Notes under the pieces: model-generated | What the model was told of the DNA's origin: nothing | Database searches by the model: none | What the model saw: the letters and a program-made list of their open reading frames with translations, nothing else | In this document: piece after piece, positions 1 through 12,745 of the stretch | Layout: the number at the start of each line of letters is the position of its first letter | How positions within the stretch are numbered: position 1 is the first letter of the stretch | Program-made: the position numbers and the translations under genes | DNA from: Eledone cirrhosa | Taxonomy: Eukaryota | Reading direction: 5' to 3' | Assembly (NCBI GenBank): GCA_964016885.1 | Contig: OZ024744.1 | Span: 106,392,001 to 106,456,000 of the forward strand | Length of the DNA: 64,000 nt

Positions 1-1490
1 TGTAGTGTGGTGTTGTGCGGTGTGGTGTTCTGTGGCGTAGTGGGTGTGGTGTGGTGTGGTGAAGTGCGGTGAGGTGTGGTGAGGTGTGGTGTAGTGTGGT
101 GTAGTGTTGTATACTGTTGTGTGGTGTTGTGTGTTGTGATGTACTGTGGTGTAGTGGGTGTGGTGTGGTGAGGTGTGGTGTGGTGTAGTGTGGTGTAGTG
201 TGGTGTGGTGTAGTGTGGTGTAGTGTGGTGTAGTGTGGTGTGGAGTGGTGTGGTGTGCTGTGGTGTGGTGTGGTGTAGTGTGGTGTAGTGTGGTGTACTG
301 TTGTGTGGTGTTGTGTGCTGTGATGTAGTATGGTGTAGTGGGTGTGGTGTGGTGTGGTGAGGTGTGGTGTGGTGTAGTGTGGTGTAGAGTGATGTAGTGC
401 GGTGTGGTGTGGTGTAGTGTGCTGTGGTGTAGTGTGCTGTGGTGTGGTGTAGTGTGGTGTAGTGTAGTGTAGTGTGGTGTGGTGTAGTGTGGTGTAGTGT
501 GGTGTGGTGTACTGTGGTGTAGTGTGGTGTAGTGTGGTGTAGTGTGGTGTAGTGTAGTGTAGTGTGGTGTGGTGTGGTGTAGTGTAGTGTGGTGTAGTGT
601 GGTGTAGTGTAGTGTAGTGTAGTGTGGTGTAGTGTGGTGTGCTGTGGTGTAGTGTGGTGTGGTGTAGTATGGTGTAGTGTAGTGTAGTGTAGTGTAGTAT
701 AGTGTGGTGTGGTGTAGTGGAGTCTGGTGTGGTGTGGTGTATAGTGGTGTGGTGTGGTGTAGTGTAGTGTAGTGTGATGTGGTGTAGTGTAGTGTAATGT
801 AGTGTAGTGTGGTGTAGTGTGGTGTAGTGTAGTGTGGTGTAGTGTGATGTGATGTGGTGTAGTGTCGTGTAGTGTGGAGTGGTGTAGTGTTATGTGGTGT
901 AATGGTATGGTGTGGTGTAGTGTGGTGTAGTGTAGTGTAGTGGGTGTAGTGTTGTGTGGTGTGGTGTGGTGCATTGTAGCATGGTGTAGTGTGGTGTAGT
1001 GTGGTGTGGTGTAGTGTGGTGTAGTGTTGTGTGGTGTGGTGTATTGTAGCATGGTGTAGTGTAGTTTACTGTTGTGTAATGTAGTGTAGTGTAGTGAAGT
1101 GGGGTGTAGTGTGGTGTAGTGTAGTGTGGTGTGGTGTAGTTTACTGTTATGTAGTGTAGTGTAGTGTAGTGTAGTGTGGTGTAGTGTAGTTTACTGTTGT
1201 GTAGTGTAGTGTAGTGTAGTGAAGTGGGGTGTAGTGTGGTGTAGTGTAGTGTGGTGTGGTGTAGTTTACTGTTGTGTAGTGTAGTGTAGTGTAGTGAAGT
1301 CGGGTGTAGTGTGGTGTAGTGTAGTGTGGTGTGGTGTAGTTTACTGTTGTGTAGTGTAGTGTAGTGTAGTGTAGTGAAGTGGAGTGTAGTGTGGTGTAGT
1401 GTAGTGTGTTGTGGTGTAGTTTACTGTTATGTAGTGTAGTGTAGTGTAGTGTAGTGTGGTGTGGTGTAGTTTACTGTAGTGTAGTGTGGT
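1..1490. repeat. Pentameric satellite (GTGTA/GTGTG)n
   Basis: Continuous 5-bp periodicity; the last ~400 bp add a recurrent TTTACTGTT variant. Runs off the left edge of the window. Confidence 0.95.
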
Positions 1491-1695
1491 CGAGTGTTAT
1501 TTTATTTTATTGACTGGAGAAGAGTGACAATTATCTCTCAATTAATAACACTTATACATCCGTTGTACATCAATATTACATCAAATTATGATAGACATTA
1601 AAATAATATATGTAAAAGAAGCCCCAAAAGTATAAAACGTTTGAGGCTAAACATAAAAATATGTTAAATATTAAATAATTCTTCAGATTGTTTAC

Positions 1696-1775
1696 CTACA
1701 TTCACAAAATCAAATTGGTTGTTTCTGTAGCTTGCTTGGTGTGGACAGTTGACAACTCTCACTTGCAGTTTTATT
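1696..1775 (-). other. Possible isolated host-gene exon (80 nt)
   Basis: Minus strand ...ctaataattgttAG|aataaa...aatgtag|GTaaac; one frame open (IKLQVRVVNCPHQASYRNNQFDFVNV); lies in non-repetitive-looking sequence. No homology recognised. Confidence 0.25.
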
Positions 1776-1893
1776 CTAACAATTATTAGAAAAATCTTAA
1801 GACATGTAGAAGCTTGGTTAATGTTGTTTTTACTGTTTGTGTATACTGTTAGTTTTGTGTTATATACACACCTGTATGTGGTATATGTGTGTA

Positions 1894-1965
<72 letters not shown>

Positions 1966-1982
1966 GATTATATATAATATAT

Positions 1983-2067
<85 letters not shown>

Positions 2068-2110
2068 TATATATAATATATATATATATAATATATTATA
2101 TATATAATAG
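1894..2110. repeat. (TA)n microsatellite (representative of dozens in the window)
   Basis: Direct reading; such tracts generate the [12 protein letters not shown] pseudo-ORFs. Confidence 0.95.
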
Positions 2111-2555
2111 ATATATGCAAATTCAGCTGCTATCTGCAGAAGAGTAGCATCAGGGAATAATCCTAGTAATTTTAACAAATATAAGATTCTCAAATATGTA
2201 TTGAGTATTGAGTATTGAGCACTTTTTCCTTGTGTGTGTATATATACATACATATCATCATCATTATCATCATCATCATCAACGTCATCGTTTTTATGTC
2301 CGCTTTACCACGTTTGCATGGGTTGGACGGGTCCTTCTCATCATGGCATCTCTCCACAGGTTGCGATGTTGCGATCCATATATATATATAATAAAATGTA
2401 ATTGATAAAAGAACACACTGCCTGACACAGAAATCGGCGTGGTCTAAAGCTACTATAAAACTGTTTACATTTTTTTTTTTTTTTTTTGTTGCCTGACAAC
2501 TTGGAAACTACAATCAGCTGTCAGCCTTCACTGATTATGAAATGTATGACAGTGG

Positions 2556-2631
<76 letters not shown>

Positions 2632-2705
2632 CGTTTCTGAATTTGTTGTTTCGTTTCTGAATTTGTTTGGCAAGATTCTTTATCTGAAATCGTGTGTTGA
2701 AACCG

Positions 2706-2911
2706 ATATTGTTATACTTTGGGAGGGTCATGTTGCCAATAAGAAACACACGCACCAGTTGCTTTCACTTCAATTTATTATATATTTATAAATTTACAAG
2801 TTTATAAATTTATAAACTTGTAAATTTATAAATATATAATAAATTGAAGTGAAAGCAACTGGTGCGTGTGTTTCTTATTGGCAACATGACCCTCCCAAAG
2901 TATAACAATAT
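2706..2911. repeat. 206-bp spacerless palindrome
   Basis: Arms are reverse-complementary around centre 2808/2809 (gtttataaa|tttataaac); the left arm also occurs unfolded at ~12410-12560. Confidence 0.92.
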
Positions 2912-3095
2912 ATATAGATGAGATTCTACAGGACTAGAACTGTTTCATTCATTAGAAATCATCATTTTCCTGATGATTTCTAATGAATGAAACAGTTCTA
3001 GTCCTGTAGAATCTCATCTATATTAAAACTTTTTACTCTGCTATGTATTGAGTACCTTACTTACTGTGGTTACCTCCGATTCAACCCGGAATAAC
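2912..3095 (+). mobile_element. Penelope-like pseudo-LTR remnant with inverted duplication and truncated hammerhead core
   Basis: 53-bp arms 2912-2964/2971-3023 with TTTTCC loop; CUGAUGA (2970-2976), GAAA (2989-2992), GUC (3001-3003); the 5' strand of stem I is missing. Confidence 0.55.
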
Positions 3096-3164
<69 letters not shown>

Positions 3165-3229
3165 CACACATATATGCATACACCCATATTATGTATATGT
3201 ATATTTATATATATATATATATGTATATA

Positions 3230-5912
3230 TATCATCATCATCATCATCATCATCGTTTAAAGTCTATCTTCCATGCTAGCATGGGTGTAGACGGGAATTG
3301 TCCCACGTGAGGCAATATTGGTTGTCTCGCTCGTATAGGACTGTCTGGAAGGTTTTCTACGGCTGGATGCCCTTCCTAACACCAAACACGTTTTTACCAT
3401 GTGGACTGGGAGGTTTTTACCATGTTACCGACACGGCCACATTACAGCGTGGACTGTGTGTTTTTTGTCGTGACACCTACACGACCTCATTTATTTAGGA
3501 CTGCATGTTGTGGTACCAGTAACATAACTTTACAGAGAAAGGGCTGGTGTAGATGGGGGTGGGGGTAGGGGTAGTGGGATGGGGGTGCATTTTTGGTTAA
3601 GAGGTGCCTACTGACTGTAGGTTTCGCTTTGTGCTTAGGCAAGAAGGGTCTTCTGTATTACTGCGTAGCGCCAAAGATCTCAGTCCAGTGACATTGTCTT
3701 GGAGAGGTGTAAGTGTGTGAGGTCGGAATTTATCAAATCGTGCCAGGTTTTTCTGGGTCTGCCTACTCCGTAGCTTCCATCTATTTTGATCGCCCTGCAC
3801 TTTTTTATACAGCTGTCGTATTTCATGCGCATCACGTGACCATACCAACGTAGCCTTCTCTCGAGTAAACAACATCTGATCCCTCTTATTCCTAATTTCT
3901 CACTTAGTTCATTTATGCTTTGCCGTTCACGTATATTACTATTACACATCCAGCGGAGCATGCAAGCTTCGTTTCTCTCTAGTCTGCGTATATCCTCTGC
4001 ACACAATGCCCAGGTCTCACTGCCATGCAACATTGCTGTTCGTATGCAGGCATCATACAGCCTGCCTTTCATTTTTAGAGAGAAACCTTTAGCAGCCAAC
4101 AGTGGTATAAGCTCTCTGAACTTTTTCCATCCCGTTCTGACTCTAGCTACTGTACTTTCAGAGCACCCTCCACCACTGCTGATTTTGTCACCCAGGTAAC
4201 GGAAGGTGTCCACTATTTCTATAGAACCATCTGGGCAATGGAAGGAGCTAGTATCCTGTGGGCACTTGCTACTACTTAGTACCTGAGCACCGGGCACATA
4301 TTAAATCTATGTTCTTAGTTAGCTTACCTGTGATCCCACTACATCTTTTATGCACCCATACTTTGCATTTGGGACATAAAATGGAGTTTCTGCCTACTCC
4401 TTTCCTACACACTGAGCATGGCCATTTCCCAGAGAGAACCAGTGCCCTATTTTCCTTCCTATATACTAGAACTTTAGTCTTAGACAAGTTAATTTTAAGG
4501 CCTTTTTATTCTAGGCCATGCTTCCAAGTTTGGAATTTCTTCTCTAGTTCAGCCATTGATTCAGCTATGAGCGTTAGATCATCTGCATATAGGAGTTCCC
4601 ATGTGCATCCGGTCTTGAACTCCTCTGTTATAGCCTGAAGGGCAATAATAAATAGGAGGGGGGTAAGGACAGAGCCCTGATGAACACCAACTTTTACGCT
4701 AAATTCTTCACTATATTCGTTGTTAATTCTAACCTTGCTGACTGTTTCTTTATACATGGCTTGTATAGCTCTCACAAGCCATTCATCTACACCTATTTTT
4801 CTAAGAGCCCACCAGATAATGGAGCGAGGGACTCTGTCAAAGGCCTTCTCCACGTCAACAAAAGCTAAGTAGAGGGGTTTACTTTTAGCTAGGTACTTCT
4901 CCTGTAGTTGTTGTACAAGGAAAAGAGCGTCTGTGGTACTTTTACCTGATACAAACCCAAACTGCATTTCGTCTAGATCAATTCGCTCTCTGATTAGTTG
5001 CGCTATAACTTTTTGTGTGACCTTCATGACCTGGTCAATTAATTTAATGCCTCTATAGTTTCCCCTATCTAGGGCATCTCCTTTACCCTTGTAGCAGTTA
5101 ATGATGATGCTGCTACGCCAGTCATTTGGTATGACCCCATTCTGTATGAATTGGTTTACTATCCGGGTGAGCATAGTGTGTCCCACCGATCCAGATGCTT
5201 TCAGCATTTCAGCAACTATCTCTGAAGGCCCAGCTGCTTTGCCTGTGTTCATATCTTTGATTGCCTTACTTATTATACTACCTTCAACTTGCACTGCTGG
5301 TCCCTCTATTGGATCGATTTGGAGCAGACTATCTTTTTCCCATTTATTCTCCTCATTTACTAGTCTCTCGTAGTGACACTGCCAAGCTACCTTCTTATCA
5401 GTATCAGTGAGGTCAAGTACACCATCATCATTACGGACACACTTCTCCCCGACAATATCACGGTTTTCCTTGACACATAGTCTAGCAATCCTGAACACCT
5501 CATGTTTTTGGTCCTCACGTTGTAAAACATGCTTGAACTTTCTTTCCTCTGCTTACCATCTTGCGAAGTACACTTGTCTCCTAGTTTCCCTCCTGGCCAC
5601 TTGATAGTGTTCTCTACTTCCACCATCCTGCCATACTTTCCAAGATTGCTTTTTGGCCTTGATTGACTCCTCCACCTTACTGTTCCACCACCATGTCACT
5701 CTCCTCCTGCCTATAGGTCTGCTCCAGCCACAGATTTCATCTGTTGCCTTCATCCGGCTAACTTTCAGGAATTCCCACTGTTCCTCTATATTGAACATCT
5801 CTAATTGCTCTTCCTTACTGTCAAAAGCATCGAGTAGTATGATTTTAAATTTGTTACTGGCTGTGGGGTCCTTTAACTTCCATATTCTTCTTCTCAGGGT
5901 AGTCCTCCTCTG
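3230..5912 (-). mobile_element. RTE-clade LINE, family A (PHD-in-RT), 5'-truncated, disrupted
   Basis: ORF pieces 5553-5798, 4506-5498 (QFGF, AFVD, QGS, YADD), 4272-4487 (PHD) and 3680-4297 (YLG, RWYGHV, GRPRKTW); 3'UTR and (CAT)n tail at 3230-3600. Confidence 0.93.
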
Positions 5913-5996
5913 ATGTCATATATATATAGCAAAATACTGGTGTGTATAAATATAACAAAAGACGTGGTTTGTGTGTATAATATTTAATCAACAATT

Positions 5997-6287
5997 TGTG
6001 GATATATAGAACAGTATAGTTGACATGTCAATGAATAGATGAAAGAATGAAGCAAAGTTATTAGTTACCGTTTGGTTGCCAGGCGAACGCGCCTGGCTGA
6101 AGGCCAGGAGCCGAAAGGGCAAAATGAGAGATAGGGAGCTTAAAGTTATTCCCTTTATAGGGTTGGAACGGAAGTGACAGAAAGGGTTCTGCCACCAACG
6201 GGAAGTAACTCCAACTACTTCCTGTCTAGTGAGCGTTAATCTATTGGTGATGTGAGTGTCACAACAAGGGAGGCAACTCCTGCTACA
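5997..6287 (-). mobile_element. Possible solo LTR
   Basis: TG...CA termini (TGTGG/CTACA), ~290 bp, higher GC than flanks, TATA-like CCTATAAAGGG on the minus strand; no matching TSD seen. Confidence 0.4.
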
Positions 6288-6645
6288 TATATATATAATT
6301 ATATATATATATATACATACACACACACACATATATATGCATACACCCATATTTATGTATATGTATATTTACATATATATATATATGTATATAAATATAT
6401 ATGTATATATATACATATATATATACACACTCACACACACACACATATATGCATACACCCATATTTATGTATATGTATATACACATATACATAAATATGG
6501 GTGTGTGCATATATGTGTGTGTGTGTGAGTGTGTATATATATATATATATGTATATATATATACATATATATTTATATACATATATATATGTAAATATAC
6601 ATATACATAAATATGGGTGTATGCATATATATATGTGTGTGTGTG

Positions 6646-7587
6646 TAGTCTGGAACCCCTATCTTGCTCAGGACATTGACCTCCTGGAAACTGTTCAGAG
6701 ACGTGCAGCCAAGCGAATACCCTCCATCAGGCATCTACCATACTCTGAATGCCTTGCTTCCCTGAGCATTGATACATTGAAGCTCCGACATCTGGCAACT
6801 GACTTGGTAAACACCCGCAAGATTATTAACCATCTTGCCAACAATAAATAACCCTGAGTACCTTTTTGAATTCCATGTGTCTAACACACGTGGGCATGCC
6901 CACAAAGTCAGAAAACAGCACAGCTCCCATGACTTTCAGAAACATTTTTTCCCGCTCAGAGTTGCAGAAGCATGGAACAAACTACCTCCATCAGTTGTTA
7001 ACTGTCGAGACACTACATCCTTTAAGGCCTCCATGGAACAAACTACCTGCATCAGTTGTTAGCTGTCGAGACACTGCATCCTTTAAAACCTCCATGGAAC
7101 AAACTACCTGCATCAGTTGTTAGCTGTCGAGACACTGCATCCTTTAAAACCTCCATGGAACAAACTACCTGCATCAGTTGTTAGCTGTCGAGACACTGCA
7201 TCCTTTAAAACCTCCATGGAACAAACTACCTCCATCAGTTGTTAACTGTCGAGACACGGCAACCTTTAAAACCTCCATGGAACAAACTACCTGCATCAGT
7301 TGTTAGCTGTTGAGACACTGCATCCTTTAAAACCTCCATGGAACAAACTACCTGCATCAGTTGTTAGCTGTCGAGACACTGCATCCTTTAAAACCTCCAT
7401 GCTTCCTGAGATTCGCCAACACTATACCTGATATCCCCCCACCATACACGCGCACACATGTATTTCATGACTTGTACACTATTCAGTTCCCTGACATTTG
7501 TACATTATTCTATGTACTATACATGCACCTTTGATGAGTTGTAGTGCACCTGAGCACTGTACACGATAATTTCATTATTATTATTAT
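6646..7587 (+). mobile_element. CR1/L2-group LINE 3' fragment
   Basis: VWNPYLAQDIDLLETVQRRAAKRIP...TRGHAHKV...FFPLRVAEAWNKLP; tail GTTGTAGTGCACCTGAGCACTGTACA + (ATT)n is shared with the copy at 15520-16400. Confidence 0.9.
6971..7397 (+). repeat. 61-bp minisatellite x7 derived from CR1 ORF2 end
   Basis: CATGGAACAAACTACC unit starts at 6971, 7032, 7093, 7154, 7215, 7276, 7337. Confidence 0.95.
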
Positions 7588-7609
7588 CATTATATATATA
7601 TATATATAT

Positions 7610-8010
7610 ATCATCAGCATCATCATCACCACCGTTTTACATCCGTTCTTCCACGCTAGCATGGGTTAGACGGGTTGTCCTGTTGTGGGTAGTAGCCGGT
7701 CGGCTGACCATGTCTTGCTCATTCGGAAACTGATTCTGGCTTGATTTCTACAGCTGGATGCCCTTCCTAACACCAACCTCATGTACAGGGAGTGCTGGGT
7801 GCTTTTTTTCCGTGGCGCCTACACGTCCACTTTGCAGTGGGAGGGTGTGGGGGCATATTGTCTATATGCTTCAGCTTCGGCTTGTACCCATGGTGCGGTC
7901 GGGTCTTCTGTATTACTGCGTGACGCCAGAGGTCACAGTCGTGTGTCATCGCCTTTGAGAGGTGTAATTGGGTAAGTCGGCTTTTATCACCTCATCCTAG
8001 GTCTTCTTAG

Positions 8011-8013
<3 letters not shown>
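7610..8013 (-). mobile_element. RTE family C 3' end
   Basis: Reverse complement matches 55760-56195 (GRPKKT..., 3'UTR, (GAT)n tail). Confidence 0.88.
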
Positions 8014-8061
<48 letters not shown>

Positions 8062-8066
<5 letters not shown>

Positions 8067-8524
8067 ATAATAATAAATTTGAAGACTAAAATCGAAAGAG
8101 GGCTCGATAAGGATAAATATATATCAAATAAATATATATCAAATAAATATATATCGATAAGGATAAATATATATCAAATATATAAGAACTGTAGAGCAAA
8201 AATCTGAGGCAATTTCGGCTTGTAAACATAAATTGCACAAAACTTTCCTGTATTACAGCCCCACATTATACCCTAACGGATAGTACGATCTATACGTGGA
8301 TATTTTACGTCTTGATGTGGTAGCTAAGAATATGTTATGTTTATACCATTACTTATTTACATAGGTAAGTATATATTACTTGTATGTTTTGTGAAGGTAC
8401 GTATACTTTCTCGTACGTATATTTGATTGTATATGTTATGGCGTATATTTTTATATATTCTGGTACATATGCTTTTGGTTATGTGTATACGGGAGTATAC
8501 ACATATAATCTGTTATTTTAATAA

Positions 8525-8587
<63 letters not shown>

Positions 8588-8703
8588 TAAACGGAATAGA
8601 AAATGCTGACAAATTGTTCACAGTTGAACTGTGAATAATTTGTCAGCATTTTCTATTCCGTTTACCAATATATAATAACTTGTGTGTTACACCTCTATTC
8701 TTT

Positions 8704-8796
<93 letters not shown>

Positions 8797-8912
8797 TAAA
8801 ATAAATTTATTTTAATAAATATTTGCTCTACGGTTCTTATATATCTGATATATATATATATCCTTATCGAGCCCTCTTTGGATTTTAGTCTTCAAATTTA
8901 TTATTATTACTA
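8062..8912. repeat. Nested inverted repeats around (TA)n tracts
   Basis: 8062-8198 is inverted relative to 8822-8912; internal hairpin at 8582-8672 (centre ttcacagttgaactgtgaa). Confidence 0.8.
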
Positions 8913-8931
8913 TATATATATATATATATAT

Positions 8932-11900
8932 TTCCGTCTCCCACACCCCTCCCTGTCCCTCAAACCCATCGATCCCACCCTCCCAACTTCAGAGTTGGTA
9001 CCATGAACGTAGGCACATTAAAAGGTTGCTCAAATGAGGTTGTAGAGATACTTGAACGTAAAGAAGTTGATGTTTGTTGTATTCAAGAGACTAGGTGGAG
9101 GGGGGGGGGGGGTCTGCCAGATTCATCATGGGTAAAAAACGATGCTATAAACTTTTCTGGGTGGAGTAGGAATTATGTTAGCAGAAAAATGGGTAGATAA
9201 GGTAATCAACGTAAATAGAGTAAATGACAGAATAATTAAAATAAGGCTAGTTCTAAATAAAACTACTGTGACAATAATATCCGCTTATGCACCCCAATCT
9301 GGTCTACTTGACGTTATAAAGGACAGGTTCTATGAGATGCTAATGCACACTACCTCCCAAATAACCGACAGCGACTACCTAATTATTGCTGGCGATCTAA
9401 ATGGCCACGTTGGACAACATAGTGATGGCTATGATGGAATCCATGGAGGCTATGGGGTTGGAAATAGAAATGAGGAAGGCTTCAGAATCCTGGAATTCTG
9501 TGACGCCAATAACCTAGCTATCTGTAACACTAACTTCAAAATACGTGAAAACCACTTGATCACCTATAGATCAGGGGAACACACCAGCCAGATAGATTAT
9601 ATCCTTACTAGAAGACGGGACAAAGTGTCTGTTGTAAACACTAAATCCCTCCCCCATGAAGAATGCACCTCCCAACATAGCCTAGTAGTTAGTGGCCTCA
9701 CAGTCAGGAATAGACGTACTCGACAACAGAGGAGGCCTACCTTGAAGAGAAGGATATGGAAGTTGAAGGAACCCACAGCCAGTGACAAATTTAAAAGCTT
9801 ATTACTTGATGACTTTGACAATAAGGAAGAGCAATTAGAGACGTGCGATATAGAGGAACAGTGGCAATTCTTGAAAGTGAACCTGCTGAAAGCAACGGAT
9901 GAAATCTGTGGCTGGAGCAGACCCATTGGCAGGAGGAGAGTAACTTGGTGGTGGAACAATAAGGTAGAAGAGACAATCAAGGCCAAAAAGCAGGCTTGGA
10001 AAGTATGGCAGAATGGGGGAAGTAGAGAGCACTATCAAGTGGCCAGGAGAAAAGCTAGGAGACAAGTGTACCTTGCAAAAAGGGAAGCAGAGGAAAGAAA
10101 GTTCAAGCATGTTCTACAACGTGAGGACCAAAAATGTGAGGTGTTCAGGATTGCTAGACAATGTGTCAAGGAAAACCGTGATATTGTCGGAGAGAAGTGT
10201 GTCCGTAATGATAACAGTGTACTTGCCCTCACTGAGGCTGATAAGAAGATAGCCTGGAAGTGTCACTACGAGAGACTATTAAATGAAGAGAATAAGTGAG
10301 AAAAAGATAGTCTGCCCCAAATCGATCCAATAGAAGGACCAGCGATGCAAATTAAAGGTAGTATAATAAGTAAGGCAATCAAAGATATGAAGACAGGCAA
10401 GGCAGCCCGGCCTTTGGAGATAGTTGCTGAGATGTTGAAGGCATCTGGAATGGTGGGACATACTATGGTCACCCGTATAGTTAACCAAGTAATATAGAAT
10501 GGGGTCATACCAAAAGACTGGCGTAGCAGCATCATCATTAACTGCTACAAGGGTAAAGGAGATGCTCTAGCTAGAGGAAACTATAGAGGCATTAAGTTAG
10601 TTGACCAGGTCATGAAGGTCACAGAAAGAGTTATAGCGCAACTAATCAGAGAGCGAATTGATCTAGATGAAATGCAGTTTGGGTTTGTGTCAGGTAAAAG
10701 TACCACAGATGCTCTTTTCCTTGTACAACAACTACAGGAGAAGTACCTAGCTAAAAGTAAACCCCTCTACTTAGCTTTTGTAGACCTGGAAAAAGCCTTT
10801 GACAGAGTCCCCCGCTCCATTATCTGGTGGGCTCTTAGAAAACAAGGTGTAGATGAATGGCTTGTGAGAGCTATACAAGCTATGTATAATGAAACAGTCA
10901 GTAAGGTTAGAATTAACAATGAATATTGTGAAGAATTTAGTGTTGGTGTTCACCAAGGCTCTGTCCGTATCCCCCTCCTATTTATTATTGCCCTTCAGGC
11001 TATAACAGAGGAGTTCAAGACCGGCTGCTCATGGGAACTCCTATATGCAGATGATCTAACGCTCATAGCTGAATCAATGGCTGAACTAGAAAAGAAATTC
11101 CAAACATGGAAGTATGGTCTAGAATCAAAAGGCCTTAAAATTAACTTGTCTAAGACTAAAGTCCTAGTTTGTAGAAAGGAAAATAAGGCACAGATACCCT
11201 CAGGGAAATGGCCTTGCTCAGTGTGTAGGAAAGGAGTAGGCAGAAATTCAATTTTATGTCCCAAATGCAAAGTATGGGTACATAAACGATGTAGTGGGAT
11301 CACAGGTAAACTATCTAAGAACATAGACTTTATATGTGGCTGATGCTCAGGTGCAATAAGTAGCAAGTGTCCACAGGAAACTAGCTCCTTCTATTGCCCA
11401 GATGGTTCTATAGAAATAGTGGACATCTTCCATTACCTGGGTGACAAAATCAGCAGTGGTGGAGGGTGTTCTGAAAGTACAGTAGCCAGAGTCAGAACGG
11501 GATGGAAAAAGTTCAGAGAGCTTATACCGCTGTTGGCCACAAAAATGGCTCTAAAAATGAAAGGCAGATTGTATGATGCCTGTATACGATCAGCAATGCT
11601 ACATGGCAGTGAGACATAGACATTAGGTACAGAGGACCTGCATAGACTGTAACGGAACGAAGCATGCATGCTCCGTTGGATGTGTAATAGTAATATATGT
11701 GAACGGCAAAGCATAAATGAACTAAGTGAGAAATTAGGAATAAGAGGAATCAGATGCTGTTTACTCAAGAGAAGACTACGTTGGTATGGCCACGTGATGC
11801 ACATGAAAGACGACAACTGTATTAAAAAGTGCAGGGCGATCAAAATTGATGGTAGTTACGGAGTAGGTAGACCCAGAAAAACCTGGGATGATCTGATAAA

Positions 11901-12405
11901 TTCCAACCTCACTACACTTACACCTCTCTAAGACAATGTCACTGGACCGAGATATTTGGCGCTACGCAGTAATACAGAAGACCCGCCATGCTTATGTACA
12001 AAGCGAAACCTACAGTCAGTAGGTACCTCTTAAACAAATATACACCCCAATCCACTACCCCTACCCTATCCTCCCACTCCCACCAACACCACCCTCTCTC
12101 TATAAAGTTGGTACCACAACATCCAGTCCAAATAAATGAGATGATGAGATCGAGATCGTGTAGGTGTCACGAGAAAAAACACAGTCCACGCTGTAATGTG
12201 GCCATGTAGGTAACATGGTAAAAAGTTCCCAGTTCCACACTGTAAATGTGGTTGGTGTTAGGAAGGGCATCCAGCCGTAGAAAACCTGCCAGATAGTCCT
12301 ATATGAGCGAGACATGGTCACCCGACCAACCTTGCCACAAGTGGGACAACTCCTGTCTAACCCATGCTAGCGTGGAAAATGGACGTTAAACGAAGCTAAT
12401 GATGA
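8932..12405 (+). mobile_element. RTE family A, nearly complete ORF (APE endonuclease-RT-PHD) pseudogenised, plus 3'UTR
   Basis: NVGTL/IQETRW, AYAPQ, GDLNGHVG, SQIDYIL (EN); YADD (RT); PHD at ~11210-11346; multiple stops and frameshifts; tail GGACGTTAAAC...GATGAT. Confidence 0.95.
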
Positions 12406-12745
12406 TATATATTTCGTTTCTGAATTTGTTTAGCAAGATTCTTTATCTGAAAACGTGTGTTGAAACCGATATTGTTATACTTTGGGAGGGTCATGTTGCC
12501 AATAAGAAACACACGCACCAGTTTCTTTCACTCTAATTTATTATAAATTATATTTATAAATTTCCGGTTGGTTGGTTCCATAACCAGACGGTTGTTCATA
12601 TATTGTCAAAGTTCTTTCGTCACACATTCTGTGACCTCTTCAGTGACTAGGGACTCTTTTCTTTGTTTTTGTGCGTCTCCTTTGTTCTGTCCTATGCCAT
12701 CTTGTTTGTGTGTGCGTTGTGTGCTTAGTTTGCACATGTGTTACG

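Noticed and set aside
1-1490. Telomeric repeat
   Set aside because: The unit is GTGTA/GTGTG, not TTAGGG or TTAGG.
6097-6120. Hammerhead in the LTR-like segment (CUGAAGG...GAAA)
   Set aside because: The core deviates from CUGANGA and there are no convincing stems I/III.
12202-12220. Compensatory base change in the UTR hairpin (CCATGT/ACATGG vs CCGTGT/ACACGG)
   Set aside because: Both changes are CpG transitions and can arise by methylation decay, so they are not evidence of covariation.
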